A DNA stretch of 64,000 bases from an uncultured Acidobacteriota bacterium (GTDB taxonomy: Bacteria; Acidobacteriota; Terriglobia; Acidiferrales; UBA7541): contig CAWDMQ010000002.1 of assembly GCA_963803515.1 (NCBI GenBank), positions 78,163 through 142,162 on the forward strand. Direction: 5' to 3'. The first letter of the stretch is position 1, and the number at the start of each line of letters is the position of its first letter. Shown piece after piece: positions 38,021-45,695 of this stretch. The notes beneath the pieces are model-generated. The model ran no database searches, had not been told where the DNA came from, and saw nothing but the letters and a program-made list of their open reading frames with translations. The position numbers and the translations under genes are program-made.

Positions 38021-39262
38021 TCAATGGTATCGACTGGGCTCGACGGGTTGAACGGGCTCACGGGCCTCCCGCGCCGCGTCGGACAAGATGGCCGCGATTT
38101 CCGGGCGCGTGAATTCCACGGGGAGCGGCAGGCCTTCCCGCAGGCGGCGCCGCACTTCCGTGCCGCTCAGTATCAAGTGATCCGATACGGGGTGAGCGCA
38201 GGTGCGGTTGCTGGCCATCGAGCTGCAGCGGCGGCAGTAGAAAATTTCGTTGAAACAGATGGGTTCGATTCCCAGACCCTCGCTGGCGAGAGAGCGAAGC
38301 AGATGCTGGGCATCGAATGCGCCGTAATAACCGCCCATGCCGGCATGATCGCGGCCCACCAGGAAATGGGTGCAGCCGAAATTTCTGCGCACGACCGCGT
38401 GCAGGACGGCTTCGCGAGGACCGCCATAGCGCATCCAGGCGGGGAGCACGGCAAACAGGACGTTTTGACGCGGCAAATACTCGTTCAGGAGTGCCTGGTA
38501 ACAGCGCATGCGCACGTCGGCGGGGATGTCCTCGGGACGGGTTTCGCCGACCAGCGGATGGAGCAGCAGGCCGTCGGTGACTTCGAGTGCGGTGCGCAAT
38601 ACGTATTCGTGAGCGCGATGCACGGGGTTGCGTGTTTGAAAGCCGGCCACGGTCTTCCACCCGCGCTGCGCCATGGCGGCACGCGTTTCACGAGGAGTGA
38701 GCCAGTGTTCATCAAGGCCCAGCGCCGCGGTATCGCCAAACCATTCGATTTTGCCTGCGAGCGAAACGTCGCCCCCGCTCAAGAAACCCGCGACGCCAGG
38801 GTGGGCCGCTTCGGGGGTGCCGAACAGCTTCTTCGCCCAGTCGAGTTGCGGGATTGCGAATGACTCTTCGAAGTGGAGAATGGCGAGTGGCTGACCATTA
38901 TATTTGAGCGTGACATCAGTGTGCGGCCGCAGGGCTTTGGCATTCGCGGCCTCGGTCTGCAGGAGGATGGGGAACGGCCAGACCTTCCCATCGGGCAAAC
39001 GCATATTTTCAACGATGCCGGCCGACGTCTGGAAATCGGTGAAGCCTTCGAGGGGGCTGAAGGCGCCGGTGGCGAGGAGTAGCAGGTCGCTCGCGGCGCG
39101 GGAATTCAATTCGACGGCGGGCAGATGGGCGGCGCGGGCGATGGTCTCCGGTTGAGCTTCCTTGGGAACGACGCGATCAACCAAGTTATCCGTGCGCAAG
39201 TTATTCGTATGGGTGTTGGTATTGCTCTGGGTGTCAGCGGGATTTGCGGATACGGTTTCCAT
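38021..39262 (-). CDS. sat: sulfate adenylyltransferase (ATP sulfurylase)
   Basis: QTRNPVHRAHEY and VGRDHAG motifs, with a PUA-like N-terminal domain. GGAGA 12 nt before ATG 39262. Confidence 0.9.
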   Translation of the reverse strand: METVSANPADTQSNTNTHTNNLRTDNLVDRVVPKEAQPETIARAAHLPAVELNSRAASDLLLLATGAFSPLEGFTDFQTSAGIVENMRLPDGKVWPFPILLQTEAANAKALRPHTDVTLKYNGQPLAILHFEESFAIPQLDWAKKLFGTPEAAHPGVAGFLSGGDVSLAGKIEWFGDTAALGLDEHWLTPRETRAAMAQRGWKTVAGFQTRNPVHRAHEYVLRTALEVTDGLLLHPLVGETRPEDIPADVRMRCYQALLNEYLPRQNVLFAVLPAWMRYGGPREAVLHAVVRRNFGCTHFLVGRDHAGMGGYYGAFDAQHLLRSLASEGLGIEPICFNEIFYCRRCSSMASNRTCAHPVSDHLILSGTEVRRRLREGLPLPVEFTRPEIAAILSDAAREAREPVQPVEPSRYH

Positions 39263-39351
39263 TCTTCTGTGGTCTCCGTGATGAATGCGATTGAGAATCG
39301 TCTTGCGTTATAACGCGATCTTGCTGATGGCAGCCACCCTTGCAGGCGGCC

Positions 39352-39394
39352 AAAAACAAAAAACCCACCGGCCGGTTTTTCCTTTGGCGGTGGG
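39352..39394 (-). terminator. intrinsic terminator (attenuator) in the sat-cysH leader
   Basis: Minus strand CCCACCGCC-AAAGGAAAAACC-GGCCGGTGGG followed by TTTTTTGTTTTT, 90 nt upstream of the sat start. Confidence 0.75.
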
Positions 39395-39428
39395 CTCAAA
39401 CTGATGCTTTGAATTCGGAGCTAGTTCG

Positions 39429-39524
39429 TCACCTCGCCTTGCCAGAGGATGCCGCCAGACAGCGACAACAGGCGCAACACGAACCCGGACAGCGGTTGCA
39501 GGACTTGGTAAGGTGAAGAAACAT
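39429..39524 (-). CDS. Cys-rich leader ORF (31 aa) upstream of sat
   Basis: Minus-strand ATG 39524 to TGA 39429 gives MFLHLTKSCNRCPGSCCACCRCLAASSGKAR, with 7 Cys codons. It shares the core CC-x-CCRC-[VL]..SSG.K with the sbp leader ORF. Confidence 0.6.
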   Translation of the reverse strand: MFLHLTKSCNRCPGSCCACCRCLAASSGKAR

Positions 39525-39537
39525 CGTTGCGAAGTCT

Positions 39538-39567
39538 AAGATAGCGTTGGGCGTAAGTCAAGGTCAA
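39538..39567 (-). promoter_or_regulatory. candidate sigma70-type promoter of the sat-cysH leader
   Basis: Minus strand TTGACC (39567-39562), 18-nt spacer, TATCTT (39543-39538). The small-ORF ATG is 14 nt downstream of the -10. Confidence 0.45.
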
Positions 39568-39741
39568 AGGTGGCCGTTTGCAGGAGATTGCGGGCCACAG
39601 CTGTAGCGCGGATGGGCAGCGTAGGACATGGGCTTTACTGGCGCCCGAGCGCCGAGGTGCGGCCGTCGAGGTGACATCCCCACTGGCCGCATCGGCGCCG
39701 CGACTTCGGTGGTAAAGTGACCCGAGTGGGCGATCAACGAT

Positions 39742-39789
39742 GAAATTATGGGTGAAATTATGGGAGAAATTACGGGTGAAATATGGCGG
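39742..39789. repeat. four tandem copies of a 12-nt unit (GAAATTATGGGT)
   Basis: GAAATTATGGGT, GAAATTATGGGA, GAAATTACGGGT, GAAATATGGCGG. Located in the intergenic region between the sat leader promoter and the Znf-UBP gene. Confidence 0.8.
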
Positions 39790-39908
39790 ACCAAGTCGGG
39801 CGTGATGCGTCGCGCGTTTATTCCTCAGTGTTTTATCAAGGGTATTTTATGAGGGTACTTTTACAGGGCGTTTGATGAGGCCAGGGTACTTTGCAAGGAG
39901 GAATGGTT

Positions 39909-40169
39909 ATGGCGACTTCCTGCGTACATGTGAAAGAAATTCGTAAAGTGACACCGAGTGGCAACGGGTGCAAGGAATGTCTCGCGATGGGAGATGACTG
40001 GGTGCATCTGCGCTTGTGCCTCACATGCGGCCATGTAGGCTGCTGCGATAGTTCGAAGAACAAACATGCGACCAAGCACTTTCACCAGACGAAGCACCCG
40101 ATCATTCAGTCGTTCGAGCCTGGGGAAGATTGGCGCTGGTGTTACGTGGATGAGGTCGAGTTGGATTAA
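39909..40169 (+). CDS. UBP-type zinc-finger protein
   Basis: CxxC/H-rich pattern C.ECLAMGDDWVHLRLCLTCGHVGCCDSSKNKHATKHFHQTKHP, typical of Znf-UBP. Start at ATG 39909, 7 nt after AAGGAGG. Confidence 0.8.
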   Translation: MATSCVHVKEIRKVTPSGNGCKECLAMGDDWVHLRLCLTCGHVGCCDSSKNKHATKHFHQTKHPIIQSFEPGEDWRWCYVDEVELD

Positions 40170-40268
40170 GCTGCGGCGCTGACACTGAATTGTCAGCTGC
40201 ACAATTTGTGAGTGGGACTGGCCTCGAGCGTGAAGGCTCGTGTGTCGCCTGGCGGGAAGGATCGATAA

Positions 40269-41165
40269 ATGGGGAAGCAGGAAGAGGCCTGGCCGCAATT
40301 GCCGATTGCGGAATGGCAAAGCACGCGCGACACCCTGCACATGTACATGCAGATCGTGGGGAAAATTCGCCTGGCGCTTAGCCCGCGGGTCAATCACTGG
40401 TGGGAAGTGCCTCTCTATGTCACGGCGCGTGGCCTGACGACTTCCCCGATCCCTTACGAGGCGGAAATCTTCGAAATTGTCTTCGATTTCATCGAACATC
40501 GCGTGATCGTACAAACGAGCGCAGGCGCGGTGAAAGTGATTCCGCTGCGACCTTTGGCGGTGGCGGATTTCTACGAGGAGTTGATGTCCACGCTGCGAGA
40601 GCTGGGGATCGCCGTCAATATCTGGACCAAGCCGTGCGAAGTGCCTGATCCCATCCATTTCGAAGAGGATCGCGTGCATGCCGCATACGATCCGGAATAT
40701 GCGCATCGGTTCTGGCGCGTGCTGGTTGCGACCGACACGGTATTTAAGGAGTTTCGTGCAAGATTTTTAGGGAAGAGCAGCCCCGTTCATTTTTTCTGGG
40801 GAAGCTTCGACATGGCGGTGACACGCTTCTCCGGGCGGCGCGCCCCGGAACGTCCCGGCGCCGACTCGATCACTCGTGAAGCCTATTCGCACGAAGTGAT
40901 CAGCGGCGGATTCTGGCCTGGCACGGGAGAAAACGACGCGACGTATTACGCCTACGCGGCGCCCGAACCTCAGGGATTTGCGAAGGCGACCATTTCTCCG
41001 AGCACTGCTTTTTACTACCCGCAATTGTCGGAATTTCTTCTGCCATATGAGGATGTCCGCAAGGCGGCGTCACCGCGCCAAGCTGTACTCGCTTTTCTGG
41101 AATCCACGTACGAAACGGGAGCCACTCTGGGGAACTGGGATCGGCAGCAGATAGAGCGAACCTAA
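40269..41165 (+). CDS. conserved hypothetical protein (DUF5996-like by memory of the N-terminal pattern)
   Basis: 298-aa ORF with good protein-like composition (WQSTRDTLHMYMQIVGKIRLALSP..NHWWEVPLYVTARGLTTSPIPY). The family name is from recollection only. Confidence 0.7.
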   Translation: MGKQEEAWPQLPIAEWQSTRDTLHMYMQIVGKIRLALSPRVNHWWEVPLYVTARGLTTSPIPYEAEIFEIVFDFIEHRVIVQTSAGAVKVIPLRPLAVADFYEELMSTLRELGIAVNIWTKPCEVPDPIHFEEDRVHAAYDPEYAHRFWRVLVATDTVFKEFRARFLGKSSPVHFFWGSFDMAVTRFSGRRAPERPGADSITREAYSHEVISGGFWPGTGENDATYYAYAAPEPQGFAKATISPSTAFYYPQLSEFLLPYEDVRKAASPRQAVLAFLESTYETGATLGNWDRQQIERT

Positions 41166-41233
41166 TCGTGGCGGCATACCACGGGCGGCATACTGTGTCG
41201 TGCTAAAAGCGTGAAAGAAACGCTGCCTCGGGA

Positions 41234-42370
41234 GTGCGCATGGCTACTTTGATTGGCTTGGCGGGGCTCGTCCTGCTGTTCTTCATGTTGTGGGACGCAT
41301 TTGAAACCGTGATTTTGCCGCGCCGCGTCATTCGGGAGTTCCGGCTGGCGCGCCTGTTCTTCCGGTCCGTCTGGTGGGTTTGGGCCGAGAGCGCGCGGAA
41401 GATTCGGTCGGTCAAAACGCAGCAATCCTACCTGGCCTATTACGGGCCATTGTCGTTGCTCCTGATCTTCGCGGTCTGGGCTGCCGGGTTAATTCTCGGT
41501 TTTGCAATGCTGCAATGGGCGGTGGGTCTGCATGTGGGCGGTGCGGAAGCGAGTTTTCGGAATGAATTTTATTTGAGCGGCTCAACGTTCTTTACGCTGG
41601 GGATGGGAGACGTTGTACCCAAAACCACGCTCCAGAGAGTAGTTGCAGTTTTCGAGTCGGGGACGGGTTTCGGGTTTTTGGCGATCGTTATTTCTTACCT
41701 TCCGACCATGTATGGCGCCTTCTCGCAACGCGAGGTGAACATTTCACTGCTGGACGCGCGGGCCGGATCGCCTCCGACGGCCGGAGAATTGCTGCGCCGC
41801 CACGGACATGACCACATTCAGGAAGGGTTGGCGATGCACCTGCGCGATTGGGAAACGTGCTCCGCACAGTTGCTGGAGAGCCATCTAACGTATCCCGTAC
41901 TGTGCTTTTTCCGCTCGCAGCACGACAACCAATCGTGGCTCGCGGCATTTACGGCCATTCTGGATCTCTGTTCCTTGCTGATTGCATATGGCGACGGGGA
42001 AACGAAATGGCAGGCGCAGCTCACGTTCGCAATTTCACGTCATGCTGTAGCAGATTTGTCGGAGATTCTTAAAGCGCGTCCACGCGAGTCGTTACCCGAC
42101 CGCCTGCCGGCAAATGATTTGCCGAAGGTACGGCGCTTTCTAGTGGAGTGCGGAGTGCCGGGTTGCGCCGACGTGGGCGATGCAAAGTTGCAGGAACTTC
42201 GTGGCATGTACGAGCCCTATGTGGACGCCCTTTCGAGAATGCTGTTGATGCCGCTGCCGTCATGGGGAGTGGACCCGGCACCCAATCGGGACACCACAGT
42301 GTGGGGCAGAATATCGTCAGCGCACACGGCTGATAAGGATCCTAAGAGCCACGGCCGTCCCCACTTCTAG
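41234..42370 (+). CDS. two-TM potassium-channel-family protein with a large cytoplasmic C-terminal domain
   Basis: TM1, a pore helix and filter-like FFTLGMGDVVP, then TM2 (GFGFLAIVISYLPTMY). The C-terminal 200 aa are of unknown function. Confidence 0.7.
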   Translation: MRMATLIGLAGLVLLFFMLWDAFETVILPRRVIREFRLARLFFRSVWWVWAESARKIRSVKTQQSYLAYYGPLSLLLIFAVWAAGLILGFAMLQWAVGLHVGGAEASFRNEFYLSGSTFFTLGMGDVVPKTTLQRVVAVFESGTGFGFLAIVISYLPTMYGAFSQREVNISLLDARAGSPPTAGELLRRHGHDHIQEGLAMHLRDWETCSAQLLESHLTYPVLCFFRSQHDNQSWLAAFTAILDLCSLLIAYGDGETKWQAQLTFAISRHAVADLSEILKARPRESLPDRLPANDLPKVRRFLVECGVPGCADVGDAKLQELRGMYEPYVDALSRMLLMPLPSWGVDPAPNRDTTVWGRISSAHTADKDPKSHGRPHF

Positions 42371-42463
42371 TCCCGATTTCTAAGTGCCCATTTCTAAGTG
42401 ATTGAACTTGCGCATCGAGGACCCGCGTAGCGGGAGATTCGCGATATATGTAGCAACCTCAGC

Positions 42464-44155
42464 TCAGCGGACGAAGGTCAATCCGTGAGGAATGAACTGC
42501 GGCAAGACGTAGGCGTAGACGAGCACGATGATGCCTACGAGTGCTGCCAGTGCTACCGAATGCCAGAATACAAAACGAAAAATTATGCCTTCGTTGCCGA
42601 CCTGATTGGTTGCCGCGGTGGCCACCGTAATGGATTGTGCGTCGATCATTTTGCCCATGACGCCGCCCGCGCTGTTGGTGGCGCACATCAAAATCGGACT
42701 TAAATTGAGCTGCTGAGCCGTGAACCGCTGCAGACCGCCGAAAAGGGCGTTGGACGAAGTGTCGCTGCCGGTCAAGGCGACACCCACCCACCCGATGTAG
42801 GTCCCAAAGAACGGGTAAAGCCAACCCGTGCGCGTAAACGCGAGGCCGAGTACGGCATCCATACCGGAGTAGCGGGTCACGTACCCGAGGCCAAGCATGC
42901 AAGCCATGGCGATAATGGCCAGACGCATCCGGTACACCGTATAGGCAAAAATTTGCGCCAATCGTCTCGGGCGTACGCCAAGCAGGGCGCCCGCGAGCAA
43001 TGCGGCGAGAAAGCAGCCGGTGCCTGTCGCCGTGAGCCAGTTGAAATCAAACAGAGCGGGTTCGGGTGTGGGCCTGGCGACGACCGGCGGCGCCCGCAAC
43101 ACGGTTTTATGCAGCAGCGGAACTTCCCAGCCGCCGCTGGCGAATGCCGGGGTTGTCGCGCGGCCCATCATGTTCTTTACCGAAGGAAGACCCCAGAGCA
43201 AGACCACGACCGATAGCACCGCGAAAGGAAGCCACGCGCGAGCGATCTGGGGAATCGTGTACTGCGGTGACACGATCTGGCGCGGCTCGGAGCCCGCAGG
43301 TGCCATGGGTGCGGAGCGTTCGCTGGCGAAGCGCCAGATGCGTTTGGGTTGCCAGATTCGCAGGAAACCGAGCGTCGCACAGATGGAAACGATACCGGAA
43401 ACAATGTCGACGAGGTTGCTGTCCATGTAGTTGGACCAGAAATATTGCGTACCGGCGAATGACAGTCCCACCACCAGAATGGCAGGAAGAACTTCGAAGG
43501 TTTCGGCCCAACTGACCATCGCGCGAACCAGCCAGAATGGTACAAGCACCGACATGAAGGGGAGAATGCGGCCGATCATGGCGTTTAAATCGGACTCGGG
43601 TAGAGCGGACACGACGGCGAGCGTATGCACGGGGGTGCCGATGGCTCCCCAAGCTACCGGTGCGGTGTTGGCGATGAGATTGAGTGCGGCAGCGTGAAAT
43701 GGTTCGAATCCAAGACCGATCATGAAGGCGCCGGCGATTGCGACGGGGGCACCGAACCCGGCCGCACCTTCAATGAACGAGCCAAAACAGAAGGCGACGA
43801 GCAGAAGCTGCAAGCGCCGGTCCGGCGTGATTGCCGCCACCGAATGCTTCATGATTTCAAACTGGCCCGCATCGACGGAAATATCGTACAGGTAGACCGC
43901 GGCGACAACGATCCAGACAATTTTTAGCAATCCAAACGAAACGCCGTAGACAAAACTGATGGCCGCCATACGCGCCGGCATGCCGAATATCAAAATGGCA
44001 CATAATATTGCACTGGCGGCGCCGGCAATCGCGCAGATATGCGGGCGCGCTTTCACTCCAGCCAGCAGTCCTAGAAGAACGAAGATCGGTATGCCCGCGG
44101 CGAGGCTCGAAAGCCACCAGTGGCCGAGCGGATTGTATGCTTGCGTCCAGATCAT
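42464..44155 (-). CDS. L-lactate/glycolate permease (LctP family)
   Basis: 563-aa polytopic protein with a typical LctP N-terminus MIWTQAYNPLGHWWLSSLAAGIPIF and conserved segments throughout. Confidence 0.85.
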   Translation of the reverse strand: MIWTQAYNPLGHWWLSSLAAGIPIFVLLGLLAGVKARPHICAIAGAASAILCAILIFGMPARMAAISFVYGVSFGLLKIVWIVVAAVYLYDISVDAGQFEIMKHSVAAITPDRRLQLLLVAFCFGSFIEGAAGFGAPVAIAGAFMIGLGFEPFHAAALNLIANTAPVAWGAIGTPVHTLAVVSALPESDLNAMIGRILPFMSVLVPFWLVRAMVSWAETFEVLPAILVVGLSFAGTQYFWSNYMDSNLVDIVSGIVSICATLGFLRIWQPKRIWRFASERSAPMAPAGSEPRQIVSPQYTIPQIARAWLPFAVLSVVVLLWGLPSVKNMMGRATTPAFASGGWEVPLLHKTVLRAPPVVARPTPEPALFDFNWLTATGTGCFLAALLAGALLGVRPRRLAQIFAYTVYRMRLAIIAMACMLGLGYVTRYSGMDAVLGLAFTRTGWLYPFFGTYIGWVGVALTGSDTSSNALFGGLQRFTAQQLNLSPILMCATNSAGGVMGKMIDAQSITVATAATNQVGNEGIIFRFVFWHSVALAALVGIIVLVYAYVLPQFIPHGLTFVR

Positions 44156-44282
44156 GAAGGTGGCCTCGTGCCCGGTTGGAATGTCCGCCGTGACCGTACT
44201 GGGCTATATGGTAGTTTGCGTCACTTCTGTCAAGCACTCTCTGCTGCGACTCGTTTTTGATGGCGCCTTAATGGCGCCGTGT

Positions 44283-45410
44283 TCATTCGCCGGCCTCGAA
44301 GCGAATCAGCACGATTTCAGGTTTCGTGCCCACGCGCATCGGAGGCCCCCACGTGCCGGCACCCCAATTTGTGAATACGAGCAAGTTCCCGATGCGGCTG
44401 AGCCCGTGAACGAAACGTCCGTACACGCGAGACGCGATCCAGGTGTATGGCATGAATTGACCGCCGTGCGTGTGGCCGGAGAGTTGTAGCGAGACGCCCT
44501 CTTCTTCGGCAACGCCCGGGCGGTCAGGGGCATGCGTGAGCAGAATGCTGGCGCGGCGGCGATCGAGCGAAGCGTTCCTGAGAATGGAGCGAAACAACTG
44601 CGGGTTAGCCGATTCGCGGTACTCGATGCCCACGATTTGCAAGCCCTCAACGGTGACTTTCTCATTCTCAAGAATGCGGATGCCAACGCGCGAGAGGGCT
44701 TCGAGATATTTCGCGGGATTGGTAAACTCCTCATGATTTCCGGTGGTGAAAAAAATGCCGTGCGGAACCTGAAGCTGCGACCAGGGCTGCGCCAGGCGGT
44801 CGATATTCGCTTTTGTCCCGTCGAACAAATCGCCATCGATGAAAACGATGTCCGGGTGAGCGCGCTGGAGCATGCGCACGATACGTTTTACGAAGGAATA
44901 ATTTCTGATATGGCCCAGGTGGAGATCGCTCACCAGGGCCGCGACGCGGCCGCGCCACGCGTCCGGTAAGTTGGATAAGTGGACGGTGATGTGCGTCACC
45001 CGCGTCCATGCGGCGTTGATGATGCCGTAAACGACGATCAGCACGGCCACACCAAATGTGCCGATGACCACGTGTCTTGGCTGCCAGGAAAGGCCGGAGA
45101 GGAGACTGCCGCCGAGAATGATCCAAGTGGCACACGCGGCAAAGAAAAAATAATTCAGGGTACCCAGCCAAACTGCCGCGAGGGTGTAAAGCACGCGGAT
45201 GAAAATATTGGAGTAACGAAAGGCGAGCAGAGAGATGGGGACAAAGCTGACCGACAAGAGAGCGATGCTGATTTGCAGCGCGAGACGCGAGTGTGATTCA
45301 TGCGGCGGCGAAGCGTACAGGAGACGGCTCCAAGTCTCGTACAGAAACCCATGCGCCACGAACATGAGCAGTTGCATAACACTGATGAATCTGACGATTC
45401 GTCGACGCAC
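44283..45410 (-). CDS. membrane-anchored metallophosphoesterase (calcineurin-like)
   Basis: Four N-terminal TM helices, then SDLHLG, GDLFDG, GNHE and GHTHGGQ motifs. Confidence 0.85.
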   Translation of the reverse strand: MRRRIVRFISVMQLLMFVAHGFLYETWSRLLYASPPHESHSRLALQISIALLSVSFVPISLLAFRYSNIFIRVLYTLAAVWLGTLNYFFFAACATWIILGGSLLSGLSWQPRHVVIGTFGVAVLIVVYGIINAAWTRVTHITVHLSNLPDAWRGRVAALVSDLHLGHIRNYSFVKRIVRMLQRAHPDIVFIDGDLFDGTKANIDRLAQPWSQLQVPHGIFFTTGNHEEFTNPAKYLEALSRVGIRILENEKVTVEGLQIVGIEYRESANPQLFRSILRNASLDRRRASILLTHAPDRPGVAEEEGVSLQLSGHTHGGQFMPYTWIASRVYGRFVHGLSRIGNLLVFTNWGAGTWGPPMRVGTKPEIVLIRFEAGE

Positions 45411-45695
45411 GCGCGGGTATCCTCGATATTGATTGGAAGCTGCCGGTTGTGAGAGCTGGCCTATTGTCCGATTCCGGCCGCCGGAGAAAGTGTACAGGAG
45501 CAGATCATTTTGCGGTTCATTTGCGGTTCATTTCGCGGTCCAGGGGACCTATATGCACGCCTATATGCATTTGCAGCGGATCTATTTCACCGCGGATGCC
45601 CATCCCATACGGTTTGAGATAGACTCTCATGGGGATGGTGCCGGCGTTCGTGCATCCAGCGTAATCGGCATTCAAAGCTCATTTTCCCCAGCGCT

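Noticed and set aside
39396-39560. A SAM-I (S-box) or other known sulfur riboswitch in the sat leader.
   Set aside because: The minus-strand sequence lacks the S-box core (for example the GAGGGA...GCCC / GCAACC...GGTGCTAA blocks). The Cys-rich small ORF plus terminator explains the region better.
39742-39789. A CRISPR-like array.
   Set aside because: The units are 12 nt and directly abutting, with no spacers, and no cas genes are present in the window.
39564-39794. 76-aa minus-strand ORF (MVRHISPVISPIISPIISS...).
   Set aside because: Its N-terminus is merely the translation of the 12-nt tandem repeat. The rest is Pro/Arg/Ala-rich with no start context, and it overlaps the proposed sat-leader promoter.
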